Positions 37,817 to 50,010 of a stretch of 64,000 nt of DNA are shown here, in pieces. The stretch's first letter is position 1. Every line of letters begins with the position of its first letter. Source of the DNA: Octopus bimaculoides (Eukaryota); the NCBI RefSeq assembly GCF_001194135.2, contig NC_068996.1:36412084-36476083 (forward strand). The letters are read 5' to 3'. The position numbers and the translations under genes are program-made. The notes beneath the pieces are model-generated. The model had not been told where the DNA came from. It ran no database searches and worked only from the letters and a program-made list of their open reading frames with translations.

Positions 37817-38540
37817 CTATAACAGGTAAATGAGTTAATATTGTAGTAACAATAAATGAAACAGGTGAACATGGAGTTAGTGAGGGAGTTGTAATGTAAT
37901 GGTAAGTGGAGTTTTGTTTCTTTGAAAGATGTGCTTGAGGGGATCTCACTACTTCATTAGAAAACATAAGATATACGGATGGTCTCCAGCTTTAATAGTT
38001 AGATTTAAACAATATAAATAAAGTCTTTGATAAAAACACACACACACATCCATGCATGCACACAGAGAGGATCAAGTGAGAATTTCAACCAAATGATTTG
38101 CTAGAAATAACAATCAAAATTCTCTTAATTTTCTCTCTCTCCCTTTCTTTCTCTCACCCTTTCTCTCTCCCTCTCTCTCTCCTTCTCTCTCTCTCTCCCT
38201 CCCTCCCCCTCTCTCCCTCTCCCCTCTCTCTCCCTCTCCCCTCTCTCTCTGTGCCTCTTTCTCTCTGCCTCTCTCTCTCTGCCTCTCTCTCTGTGCCTCT
38301 CTCTCTCTCTTGCCTGTCTTTAGAAAGAAAAAAATGCATTGGATAATGTAATTATGAATATACAAAAAAAAAAAAAGGCTAGATGGTCACAGCTGGAAGA
38401 TCTTTGATCATAGATCTGTTCTGACAGAGCTGCCTGCCCTAAATCTTAAACAGAAACACTGACAACAGTAATGATTTCAAATAGTAGACCTCCCTCCCCC
38501 ATCACCCATCTCGCCTTCCTCGAGCACTCTTAAACCTTAC

Positions 38541-38558
38541 CTGTAGATTTCACTACAC
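38541..38558 (-). CDS. Candidate 18-nt microexon (phase 1-1, GVVKST)
   Basis: Long U-rich tract then CTAACAG|GTGTAGTGAAATCTACAG|GTAAGG; frame-compatible with both neighbours. Confidence 0.45.
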
Positions 38559-38782
38559 CTGTTAGTTTAAACAGAAAGTAAAAAAAAAGAAAAAAAACAG
38601 AAAAAAAATCTCTCTCCACCTTCAGTTATTCTGTAGCATTATTCAATAAATACCAAATTTATATAAATGCACTCAATGACACTGGATATCGCGAACAGAA
38701 TATACGTTTTGTAACTAAGTAGAATGCTGTTAGCACCTGGTAAACATTAATGTTAATAATACAAATTAGATATTTTACTCAC

Positions 38783-38840
38783 CTTTTATTTTGTTTATTC
38801 TATTAGCAGCTAATAATAATTTGTTTATTTGGCTTAGAGT
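38783..38840 (-). CDS. Candidate exon (58 nt, phase 0-1, TLSQINKLLLAANRINKIK)
   Basis: Donor AAG|GTGAGT; acceptor CATAG at 38841-38842 (alternative 27-nt form from the acceptor at 38810-38811). Confidence 0.35.
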
Positions 38841-38844
38841 CTAT

Positions 38845-38870
38845 GTATATGCATATATATGTATATATGC

Positions 38871-38927
<57 letters not shown>

Positions 38928-39401
38928 NNNNNNNNNNNNNNNNNNNNNNNNNNNNNNNNNNNNNNNNNNNNNNNNNNNNNNNNNNNNNNNNNNNNNNNNN
39001 NNNNNNNNNNNNNNNNNNNNNNNNNNNNNNNNNNNNNNNNNNNNNNNNNNNNNNNNNNNNNNNNNNNNNNNNNNNNNNNNNNNNNNNNNNNNNNNNNNNN
39101 NNNNNNNNNNNNNNNNNNNNNNNNNNNNNNNNNNNNNNNNNNNNNNNNNNNNNNNNNNNNNNNNNNNNNNNNNNNNNNNNNNNNNNNNNNNNNNNNNNNN
39201 NNNNNNNNNNNNNNNNNNNNNNNNNNNNNNNNNNNNNNNNNNNNNNNNNNNNNNNNNNNNNNNNNNNNNNNNNNNNNNNNNNNNNNNNNNNNNNNNNNNN
39301 NNNNNNNNNNNNNNNNNNNNNNNNNNNNNNNNNNNNNNNNNNNNNNNNNNNNNNNNNNNNNNNNNNNNNNNNNNNNNNNNNNNNNNNNNNNNNNNNNNNN
39401 N

Positions 39402-39451
<50 letters not shown>

Positions 39452-39517
39452 TATATATATATATTCATATATATATATGCACATATATATGCATATATAT
39501 ATATTCATATATATATA

Positions 39518-39556
<39 letters not shown>

Positions 39557-39721
39557 GCATATATATGCATACGTATATATGTATATGTATATGCATATAT
39601 ATATATGCATACATATGTATGCATATTTTTATATATATATGTATATATCTGTCTTTCAAAGTACTTTATTCTAGCACTTATTAAAGCATCATGTCTTTTA
39701 TCTATAATTAATTAATTATTA

Positions 39722-39796
<75 letters not shown>

Positions 39797-39825
39797 CATT
39801 ATTATTATTATCATTATTATTATTA
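38845..39825. repeat. (TA)n compound array with gap, followed by long (ATT)n
   Basis: Direct. Confidence 0.95.
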
Positions 39826-40234
39826 TGTTTTTTTGGCAGTGCTTCAGATGATTTTATTATAAGTCATTCTGCCATTGTCTGAGAGAAATATCTAAGGGAA
39901 ATATTTACATTAATTACTTCACTAATTACAACATAATTCTAAGTAAAACTAATTATTTATTTATCATATTATTTCAAACATTGGTAAATCCCAAAGAAAT
40001 GAATCACTTTACAAGGCAATGCTTTTTCTTTTCTTTTTTTTTTTTTTTTGCAACAAAAAGAAGCATCAGTACATTGTCACAAGACATGCCTGCTAGAAAT
40101 AACAGCTAAATAACCCTTAAACTTGATCCTCCTGTCTTATGAAACAAATTGCTTAAACATATTAGTTAATTTAATATTAGAATCACTGCATCTGAATAAA
40201 AGGCAGAATGATTTTAAAAAATCTTTTAGTCAGG

Positions 40235-40560
40235 AAGAAGGTATGTGGCATAGTGGTTAGGGTATTTTGCTCCCAATCGTAAGGTCATGAGTTCAATTCC
40301 CAGCAGCATATTGTATCCTTGAGCAAAACATTTTATTTCACATTGTTCAAGTTTACTCAACTGGTAAAAATGAATTGTACCTGTAATTCAAAAGGGCCAG
40401 CCTTGTCACATTCTGTGTCACACTGAATCTCCTGTTCTATATTAATGGTACACGTGTCACTGAGGTGCTTTGTTACTTGCACCTTAATTGCATGAGCAGG
40501 TTGTTCTGTTGGTTGGATCAACTAGAACCCTCATTGTTGTAACCAACAGAGTACCCATAA
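40235..40560 (+). mobile_element. SINE family C, full length, CpG-decayed
   Basis: tRNA head GCATAGTGGTTAGGG..GAGTTCAATTCC then family C body. Confidence 0.9.
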
Positions 40561-40689
40561 AAGTCAGGTGGGGGAGGAACAACTTACAAAAGGGCTTCTG
40601 ACAATGGTGGACAGAAGGGAAGAAAAAGAGGAGTAATCCTCAGACTAGAAGTCTAATAAAATTACTTACAACAGAATAGGATTTTTTTT

Positions 40690-41053
40690 GGGAGTGGTTC
40701 CGGTTTCAGTCCCATTGCATGGCACCTTGGGCAAGTGTCTTCTACTATAGCCTCGGGTCGACCAAAGCCTTGTGAGTGGATTTGGTAGGCAGAAACTGAA
40801 ATAACCCCGTCGTATATATATGTATGTGTGTGTATGTATGTTTATGTGTCTGTTTTTGCCCCCCCCCCTCCATCGCTCGACAACTGATGCTGGTGTGTTT
40901 GCATCCCTGTAACTTAGCAGTTCAGCAAAAGAGGCCAATAGAATAAGTACTAGGCTTATAAAGAATTAGTCCTGGGGGTGATGTACTTGACTAAAGGTGG
41001 TGCTCCAGCATGGCTGCATTCAGATGACTGAAACAAAATAAAAGAATAAAAGA
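40690..41053 (+). mobile_element. SINE family A, 5' truncated
   Basis: Collinear with the 25621 copy. Confidence 0.9.
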
Positions 41054-41079
41054 GTACCAAACATATGCATCCATATGAG

Positions 41080-41340
41080 TTGAAGGCACATGGTCTAGTG
41101 GTTAAGCTGTTGCACACATGATTGCTAGATCGTGGGTTTGATTCCCTGACTGGGCAGTGCATTGTGTTCTTGAGCAAGACACTTCATTTCCCATTGCTTC
41201 AGTCCCCTTCGATCAGGGGGGTAATGTTGGCCTGCTCTCTTAGCCAGTGGGGTGGCATCATTTGAAGGTTAAAACAATGCAAAGCACATTATGACCAGCG
41301 ATGTGTAACAACATCTGATAGCCTGGTCTGTCACATGATG
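41080..41340 (+). mobile_element. tRNA-head SINE family D
   Basis: GGTCTAGTGGTTAAG..GGTTTGATTCCC..TTCTTGAGCAAGACACTT head shared with families C/E, distinct tail. Confidence 0.7.
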
Positions 41341-42635
41341 TGTTGTTGCTTAGCCTAAACTTGGCATCATCATGGTATCTAATGAGATTTTTTTTACTTA
41401 AGACTGTTGTAATGAGATTCAAGGGAGATTCGGTTGCTATATGTAGCAAAATGAGGTTCCATGTAGCAGTATCATCATTGTCCTCTGCATGTATGTATTT
41501 GTGTGTGTATCATCATCATCATCATCATCATCGTTTAACGTCCGCTTTNNNNNNNNNNNNNNNNNNNNNNNNNNNNNNNNNNNNNNNNNNNNNNNNNNNN
41601 NNNNNNNNNNNNNNNNNNNNNNNNNNNNNNNNNNNNNNNNNNNNNNNNNNNNNNNNNNNNNNNNNNNNNNNNNNNNNNNNNNNNNNNNNNNNNNNNNNNN
41701 NNNNNNNNNNNNNNNNNNNNNNNNNNNNNNNNNNNNNNNNNNNNNNNNNNNNNNNNNNNNNNNNNNNNNNNNNNNNNNNNNNNNNNNNNNNNNNNNNNNN
41801 NNNNNNNNNNNNNNNNNNNNNNNNNNNNNNNNNNNNNNNNNNNNNNNNNNNNNNNNNNNNNNNNNNNNNNNNNNNNNNNNNNNNNNNNNNNNNNNNNNNN
41901 NNNNNNNNNNNNNNNNNNNNNNNNNNNNNNNNNNNNNNNNNNNNNNNNNNNNNNNNNNNNNNNNNNNNNNNNNNNNNNNNNNNNNNNNNNNNNNNNNNNN
42001 NNNNNNNNNNNNNNNNNNNNNNNAAAAAAAAAAAAAAAAAAAAAGAGAGAGAGAGAGAGAATTTATTAGCCAAAATGAGATAAACGAAGAAAGAAACAGC
42101 TATGTATTTCATATTGTTTCATCTCATGATGTACAATATGAGAACATCGTTAGAATGAAAGATTTCTTAAGCTGATTATCAAAGGAGCAGCACTATAATT
42201 AGTGCACAAGGAATATAAGATAGGGTTAAGGCCATACAGGCATTCAATATGCTCTAGATACTGTAACCCTGAAATGAAACCTTGCAGCGAGAAGTGAGGT
42301 GTTGTGTGGGAATTCTGTCGGTAAGATGGAAAATATTCCAGCCAGAGTCACTTCCTTTAAAAAATTATCATGTGACATGATCACACACACACACACGTGT
42401 GTGTGTATGTATACTGTAAGTGTATGTGTCATCAAATGATTGACACAAATCTCCATATAATTCAAACATTATGATGTTACTTTAGTGTGCAATGCATTGT
42501 ATTTACTGTAAAGTGTTTCTTGGAGCCAAGAAAGGATTCTTACCACAATGATATCTCATGATAGGATCAGTTAGATGTCTCAAAGTACAGTTATGTGTCC
42601 CATAGGATGATCAAATGCCCCCCCCCCCCAGTTTA

Positions 42636-42942
42636 GTGATATGACTCACAAGACAATCATATCTCCCATACAGCAGTGACATATCCTTTAATATGGTCAG
42701 GTGTCTCATAGAGATGTGAATTGCCCTATAGTATGGCCAGATCTCCCACAAAGCAGAGGTATGTCCTATAATATGGTCAGATGTCTTATAGAGATGTGAC
42801 ATGCTCTATAGTATGGTCAGTGGTTTCATAGAGCACTGACATATCCTATAATATAGTCAGATATCCCATGGTGATGTGATATGTCTTATAGTATGGTCAG
42901 ATATCCCATAGAAATGTGACATCTACAGTATGGTCAGATTCT
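42636..42942. repeat. Minisatellite of about 40 bp, about 8 copies
   Basis: Unit about GTGACATGTCCTATAGTATGGTCAGATATCCCATAGAGAT. Confidence 0.85.
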
Positions 42943-42995
42943 GACCATGGCTATCCAGCCATTTTCATTTTCATTTCAGGCATAGTAATGTTTAG

Positions 42996-43347
42996 TTCTT
43001 AAGCATTTATACTAGTCATACCTGGTCAAAATATTCTGCCTGTTTTGTGTTCAAACCAACCAGATCTTGCCTCTCACACCTACCTTATAATGTCATTCTA
43101 AAAGTATAGGCACAAGTATGGCTGTGTGGTAAGCAGCTTGCTTCTCAACCACATGGTCCTGGGTTCAGTCCTTCTGCATGGCACCTTGGGCAAGTGTGTT
43201 CTACTGTAGCCTTGGGCTGACTAAAGCCTTGTGACTGGATTCACATCATTGAAATCTCGAAGCTATGAGATAATGCATGATTAATTCAAAACAATATGAA
43301 TAAATTAAGCATTACATTTGACAGAGTAATCTGAATGCTAGACGGTT
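42996..43347. mobile_element. TTAA-type MITE (reverse) interrupted by a SINE A head (about 43106-43242)
   Basis: Both MITE halves collinear with the reverse complement of 58135-58362. Confidence 0.7.
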
Positions 43348-43567
43348 AGACTACATTATCAAATGTATCTTTTTTTTTTTTTTCTTTTCTTAATATGATG
43401 GGATGTCATTTGAGAAAAATATAATTGTTATTTCTGGCAAATGGAGCAACCTCTTAGAGAGAGTGACAAATTGGTTTCAAGCATCTTGTTGGCTTGAAAC
43501 CAATTTGGTGCCGTTCCTCATATCTTGTAGCCTGTTGATGATGACTTTAATTTATTTTCCAACTCAC

Positions 43568-43593
43568 CAGATTTTTGTTATTGTACACCAACA
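43568..43593 (-). CDS. Candidate exon 3' end (..LVYNNKNL, phase 0); start lies in the gap
   Basis: Donor CTG|GTGAGT; frame joins the 58-nt exon. Confidence 0.25.
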
Positions 43594-44087
43594 NNNNNNN
43601 NNNNNNNNNNNNNNNNNNNNNNNNNNNNNNNNNNNNNNNNNNNNNNNNNNNNNNNNNNNNNNNNNNNNNNNNNNNNNNNNNNNNNNNNNNNNNNNNNNNN
43701 NNNNNNNNNNNNNNNNNNNNNNNNNNNNNNNNNNNNNNNNNNNNNNNNNNNNNNNNNNNNNNNNNNNNNNNNNNNNNNNNNNNNNNNNNNNNNNNNNNNN
43801 NNNNNNNNNNNNNNNNNNNNNNNNNNNNNNNNNNNNNNNNNNNNNNNNNNNNNNNNNNNNNNNNNNNNNNNNNNNNNNNNNNNNNNNNNNNNNNNNNNNN
43901 NNNNNNNNNNNNNNNNNNNNNNNNNNNNNNNNNNNNNNNNNNNNNNNNNNNNNNNNNNNNNNNNNNNNNNNNNNNNNNNNNNNNNNNNNNNNNNNNNNNN
44001 NNNNNNNNNNNNNNNNNNNNNNNNNNNNNNNNNNNNNNNNNNNNNNNNNNNNNNNNNNNNNNNNNNNNNNNNNNNNNNNNNNNNNNN

Positions 44088-44139
<52 letters not shown>

Positions 44140-44287
44140 ATACATATATACATACATGTATACATATATACATACATACATACATGTAATACATGCCACA
44201 TGTCTAGGTTTAAGTAATTAATCACATGACTTATTAATTATAAGATACTGTCTATGATGTAGATTCATAACAATGAGGATGGATTAC

Positions 44288-44330
44288 TTCTATTATTGTA
44301 AAGATTCTCTCAATAAGATCAATGGTAAAT
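44288..44330 (-). CDS. Candidate exon (43 nt, phase 2-0, FTIDLIERIFTIIE)
   Basis: Acceptor ATTTATTCCAACAG, donor GTAATC; only this frame is open; amphipathic-helix-like peptide. Confidence 0.3.
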
Positions 44331-44374
44331 CTGTTGGAATAAATGCATGGAATGTGTGTGCGTGTATGTTTTAG

Positions 44375-44860
44375 CCACAGGTGTGGCTGTGTGGTAAGAG
44401 GTTTACTTTCCAACCACATAGTTCTGGGTTCAATCCCACTGAGTGGCACTTTGGGTAAGTGTTTTCTTCTATATATTGCTCTGGGCGTGAGAGAATTTGT
44501 TACACAGAAACTGTGTGGTAAGAAGCTCGCTTCCCAACCACATAGTTCTGGGTTCAGTCCCACCACATGACACCTTGGGCAAGTGTCTTCTACAATAGCC
44601 TTGGGCTGACCAAAGCCTTGAGAGTGGATTTGATAGATGGGAATGGAAAGAAGTCTGTTGTGTGTATGTGTGTATATATGTATGTATGTATGTAGATATA
44701 TGTGTATGTATTTGTGTGTTGGTGTGTTTTCATCCCCATAACTTAGCAGTTCAGCAAAAGAACCAATAGAATAAGTACTAAGCTTACAAAGAATAAGTCC
44801 TTGGGTCGATTTGTTTGACTAAAGGCATGGTTCAGTCAAATGACTGAAACGAAAGAATAT
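44375..44860 (+). mobile_element. SINE family A: partial head plus full CpG-decayed copy
   Basis: Heads at about 44378 and 44510. Confidence 0.85.
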
Positions 44861-44936
44861 TTTAGCAAGTGGTATTATATACCCTACTTAATCTTAATTA
44901 CCATATATACATATATATNNNNNNNNNNNNNNNNNN

Positions 44937-44998
<62 letters not shown>

Positions 44999-45184
44999 GA
45001 TGGGAGGGTGAGAGGGAACAAGGGTAGGACTTATCAGATCTGGGACCTGACCAGAATGTTAGCAACAGAGTGAATTTTGCTAAAGGCATCCAAGAACCAA
45101 GATTGGTGTGGCATGGTGGTAAGCTGGGTATGAAATTAACTGTAAACCTTGTATTATATCATTATCATCCATCATTGTCATCAT

Positions 45185-45780
45185 CACCACCATCACTATG
45201 ATTGTTATCATCATCATCATTATAATGATGATTGTCATCATCGATTTTAGACCTGTTTTTCCATGAATGTGAGGTTTGAAGTGGTCTTCCCTGCCATTGT
45301 ATCTCCCTATTTTTTTCAGCCCTTCAACATCTCATTGGTGATGTCAGTCCCCTGAAACAAGTTTTTAAATCTCTCATTGTCTTCTTTGGTCTTCATCTTA
45401 GACAGGTGTTCTTACCAATTCTTTAACTAACAGACGTAATTCATGTGCGTCACATACATATATCCCTCGTCTCCTTTCTTGAACACCACATCTGATTCCT
45501 CTCATACCCAGTTTCCTCCCTCAACATATTTGAGCTCCACCATTCATTTACTCTCATATTACAACATCCAATGCTTGCTTTATTTCATTCCTCTACATTC
45601 TGCCCTTCTCTTACAGAAAACTGGTAACACTTGTAAATGGTGAGGGTAATAACTCCATTAATTTTTCCAACCTCATTCTTTCTCTCTTTACTATATTTTC
45701 AGAAACCCCAACTCCTCTGCCAATTAGGTCACCTAGATAGCAGAAGTTATCAGCTATATCTAGAGGGTTTTTCAAGCAAT
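45185..45780 (-). mobile_element. RTE-clade LINE 3' fragment with (GAT)n tail
   Basis: DNFCYLGDLIGRG, MLREKLGMRGIRCGVQERRR (frameshifted); GAT-repeat tail. Confidence 0.8.
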
Positions 45781-45789
45781 CATGCATGC

Positions 45790-46615
45790 ATATTTTCATC
45801 TTAGTCTTATTCTTAGTCCCCCCTATACAGCTGGCCTGTACATCGAGCAGGAAGATGCTTCTTATCATCCTGATTTTGAGCGTAGTTGCTTGCATCTTCA
45901 GATTTTCTTTGAAGGCAATGCACCATATTTTCTTGGATCTTCCTCTTTTCCTTCATCCTTCTGGTGGTACCCATTATATTACTGTCTTGGATATTCATCA
46001 GTCTGGGAAACATAGCTTGCAAGTCTTTCTCTTCTTTCTACCATAATCTCTTATATGTTGTGCAGATTGACTCTTCTCAAGACTTCTGAGCAATCTGTAA
46101 GCAATCTTTAGTATTGTAATGCATTCAACCTCCAAGTAATCTTTGCTGTCATTTTCAAAGTTTCCTCTGCAAAGACTACTGTTAGCAGGACAACGCTCTG
46201 GTACTTCATACTGTTGCTAATCAGACTGCTGGCCCAGATCTTGTTCATTCCTCTGAACACTGCTGTTGCATGCCCAGTTCTGGAGTTGACATCTGCCTCA
46301 GTTCCCTCCTCTGTACCAATAATGCTGACCAGGCAGGTGTGGGGGTCTTCAATAGGTTCTTGGTTCATAAAAATTTCTGTCTCTTCTTGCTCACTAACAT
46401 GAATCTAATTGGTTTTTCTCTGAACTGATCCTTAGGCATGCTTTTCTACCTCTTCAGCCAATTTGGTCATCATATACTGGAAAACTGAGTGTGACTCTGC
46501 CAGAAGCACAGTGCCATTGACATAGTCCAGATCAGATCTGTTTGGCATTTGTCTGCAGTTCATTGAATTCTGGCAGTAGGTCCATTCATGGCTCTCTACA
46601 TGACAAAGTTGGCAC
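45790..46615 (-). mobile_element. Second RTE-clade LINE fragment (RT C-terminal half)
   Basis: DLDYVNGTVLLAES (decayed DLDYADD) near 46513-46535; SIIGTEEGTEADVNSRTGHATAVFRGMNKIWASS..EETLKMT..RLNAL. Confidence 0.8.
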
Positions 46616-47777
46616 TGTGTATGTGTGTGTGTAGTTTTTGGAGTTCTATGAAATGTTTGCTAATACTATCTTGAAATACCAGCAGTTAAAATATTATGCA
46701 TTATTGTTTAAACTGACTTTCTGTAACTTTAATAGAATCGTTAAACCAGAGTTTTCCAAACTTTTTGCATTGACATCATGCTTTCCAAGAATAAGGTTTT
46801 TCCTGGTACATCAAGTTTTGTTAACAAAGTCAAAAATAAAATGCCAAAAATAAAATACAAAAATGGTTCAAGGGGGATACATGAACTTGATGTGAAGGAT
46901 ACAGTTTTTGAATTTTTAGTGGAATAGAATATTCAATAAAGGTACCTTTGCTTCATTATTTACCATTTTTAAACTTCCCAGCTTTGGAGTCTTTAAGTTT
47001 GCCATTGTTGAAAATCCAACTTCACAAGTGTATATTGCAGAAAACTACAAAAGAATTTTTGGAACTTTTGTAGCCTCATTGCAATGCTTTTCTGAAACAT
47101 AAATCCAGAAGCTTACCAATTGTTTCTCTTTATATACATAATGACTGACTCCTGATCAATTCTTCCCTATCTTCTGTTAGTGAAAAAAAAAATTCTTGTG
47201 GATGAAACATGGATTTTTAATCATATTCATGTACTTGGATACTTGGGAAGTTACCATATAATTTCTCCTGAAGTGATGCTAAATAATCGAAGGTTAAAGA
47301 ACCTAAGTTGCACACGTCAGTTTTGACAAACATTTGAAAATGTTCTTCTCTCACTTTTCTAAATTGCCATTTTTGGTCCCTGTTACATAAATTTTATCAA
47401 TAATTGTTAATTCCTCGTCACTCTTCTATGTTGTCAGTTTTGTTTGAATGTGTTAGAAAGATATTCCAATTTTTGTATACCAAAATTCGTTACAAATTGA
47501 ATCATTCAATTCTGTTTCCTGATTCTCCTGAAAAAGTTTTAACAATTTCTCTCAATTCCTATTCACAACAAACCATTTGACCACTTGATGGCCAGAAGAC
47601 TTCAGCATACAAAATAAGGTTTGAAACCGTGATACCTACCTCTTCACAAATATAGACAGAAATTCCTTGATTTGATAGGTTTATTTTTAATACAACAGAC
47701 CATTTGAAAAACTTTTGCAATAATTACTTTTAATTCACTTCAAACATTTGATGTTTCATGATAATTATATCAAAAAT

Positions 47778-47992
47778 TAAGATGGTGAGCTGGCAGAATT
47801 GTTAGCATGCTGATCAAAGTGCTTAGCAGCATTACATCTGTCTTTACATTCCGAGTTCAAATTCTGCTGAGGCCAACTTTGCCTTTCATCCTTTTGGGAT
47901 CAATAAAAATGCATCAGTTGAGCATTGAGATTTGATATAATCAACTTACCCCACCCAAAAGATTGCTGGCCTTGTGCCAAAATTTGAAATCA
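47778..47992 (+). mobile_element. SINE family B nested in the hAT fossil
   Basis: Full head-to-tail match. Confidence 0.88.
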
Positions 47993-48212
47993 GTGATTAT
48001 ATCAAAAATTCCTTGGAGTATTCTATTTAATGTTTGAAGATACAATGGTGCATCAATTTATTTGGAATCATACAGTTATCCAAAGAATTCCAAATAAATT
48101 ATACATCAATTTATTTGGAATCATACATTTGCAAGAACATGGCTGCAAACAAAACACTGGAGACAAGAATTTCTTACATTACTAGAATATATACAAAATC
48201 TAGTTCCAGTTC

Positions 48213-48465
48213 TATGGTTCTCAACCATTTTTTACCTATGGACCATTTTGTTCCCTATTTTACTTGGGTGAACCCTCCTAGTCATTCTATGTTTTTAAAA
48301 AAATCTATATTTCTATAATTAAATATTGTTAGGAATTGTATAAAAGAAATTGTTAAAATATTTTGTGTATAACAGAAGTATACTCAATTTATTAGAGATG
48401 AATTTTAATGACAGAATCTTATATGAATCCCCAAGGGCCATATGGATCCTTTTTATGAGCCACTC
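48213..48465. mobile_element. hAT-type MITE nested in the hAT fossil
   Basis: TATGGTTCTCAACCATTTTTTACCTATGGACC, reverse orientation of the 33704 family. Confidence 0.7.
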
Positions 48466-48774
48466 TTCCAGTCTAAAGAACCATTGCTATAATGCTGATG
48501 GTACTTAGAACTTTTTTCCTGTACATTTTTTTAGCCACAAAAGTGGAATTCTCAACATTGGATTCTGAAGCAATTTCATCTGTTCACACTACATTCTGCT
48601 GATTTATCTGTATCTGTAACAGCTTTTCTTTTGTTAATCAAAAACATCCATTTTACCATAATCAACAAAATTAACAAACAAGTATACCATATCACATGTT
48701 ACTTGTCATGTGACCAATTATACTCTGGGTTGTCAAATCTCAAATACACTTCACAGCCTTTTACTTATGAAAAT

Positions 48775-49185
48775 CAACCACAGGTGTGGCTGCCTGGTTA
48801 GAAAGTTTATTTCCCGACCACATGGTTCTGGGTTCAGTTCCACCACATGACACTCTGGACAAGTATCTTCTATTATAGATGGCCCTGGACAAATCAAAGC
48901 CTTATGAGTGGATTCAGTTGATGGAAACTGGAAGAAGCCTGTTGTGTATATATATATATATATGTATGTATCTATCTATCTGTGACTGTGTTTGTTCCCC
49001 ACTACCACTTGATAACCAGTTTTGGCTTATGTCCCCATAATTTAGCAGTTTGGCATAAGAATCCAGCAGAATAAGTAGGTAGCTTTAAAAAACAAATGGG
49101 GTCAGTTTGTTTAATTAAACCTTTCTAGATGTGGTTCTCCAACATGGCTACAGTCCATTGAGTGAAACAAGTAAAAGATAAAAGA
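48775..49185 (+). mobile_element. SINE family A, CpG-decayed
   Basis: Collinear with the 25621 copy. Confidence 0.88.
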
Positions 49186-49799
49186 TATTTGAATTCTTTT
49201 TAAGACACACTTAGAGATTCCTGGCACACAACACAGAATTTGGAAACCTCCAGGTTAAATATTTAGCAAAGAATTTCAAGAATTGTACATAATCTTTTTA
49301 CTAGTTTCAGCTTGAGAGCTGCAGCCATACTGGGGCACCACTGTTAAAAATAGTCTGATATTGGGGCATATAAGCCCTCAATGGGAACAAATGGATATTA
49401 GTACGTGTTGGAATCAAATCCACACTTCTTATTTTCATGATAAGTGTGCTGGCCGATTACACCAACTTACCCACCATATTTACCATTTTATTAAAGCTGA
49501 AAAAAATAATCTTCACAAAGTGTTACTTAGAGTTTCACATGGTCATTCAAGCACAGAGTTTCACATGATCATTCATAGACAATTTGTAATAATACACAAC
49601 TGAGTAACATTTTGTGAAGGTTTTTTTTTCTTCAGATTTAATAAAACAGAATATTACTCTACCTTTGGTATTGAAGTACTATTTTTACCACCTTGTTTTG
49701 CACCTACATGCTTACTTGTATACACACATACACATGTATGTATGCATGTATGTAGATATAGATACGTGTATGACTGTCTTCATGTTTGTGTATCCTTAT

Positions 49800-50010
49800 C
49801 TTGACATCATGTGGTAGTTGCGAGATGACTGTCACTGTTTTACAGGCAGTGTCATTCGTTTTCATGTCTGGCTACAAGGAAATATTACCTTGCTTGAAAG
49901 CAAGTGAGGGTTGGCCACACGAAGAGCATCCGGCTGTAGAAAATCTTCCTCCATCCAACTCATGCAAGCGTGTAAAAGTGAACATAAAAATGATTATGAT
50001 GATGAAGATG
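49800..50010 (+). mobile_element. SINE-like element with RTE-type (GAT)n tail
   Basis: GAAGAGCATCCGGCTGTAGAAAA..CCAACTCATGCAAGCGTGTAAAAGTGAACATAAAAATGATTATGATGATG; relatives at 32230-32410 and 35030-35190. Confidence 0.7.

Larger units (their letters stand above)
46747..48760 (-). mobile_element. Decayed hAT (Charlie/Buster-like) transposon with nested SINE and MITE
   Basis: Terminus CAGAGTTTTCCAAACTT; peptides QCFVCSHVLAN..IPNKLM, CEEVG..LILYAEVFWPSSG (TEVRWLSRG equivalent) and YTCEVGFS; many stops. Confidence 0.8.

Noticed and set aside
42636-42942. CRISPR-like appearance of this and the other minisatellites
   Set aside because: Degenerate tandem units without unique spacers, eukaryotic context, no cas genes.
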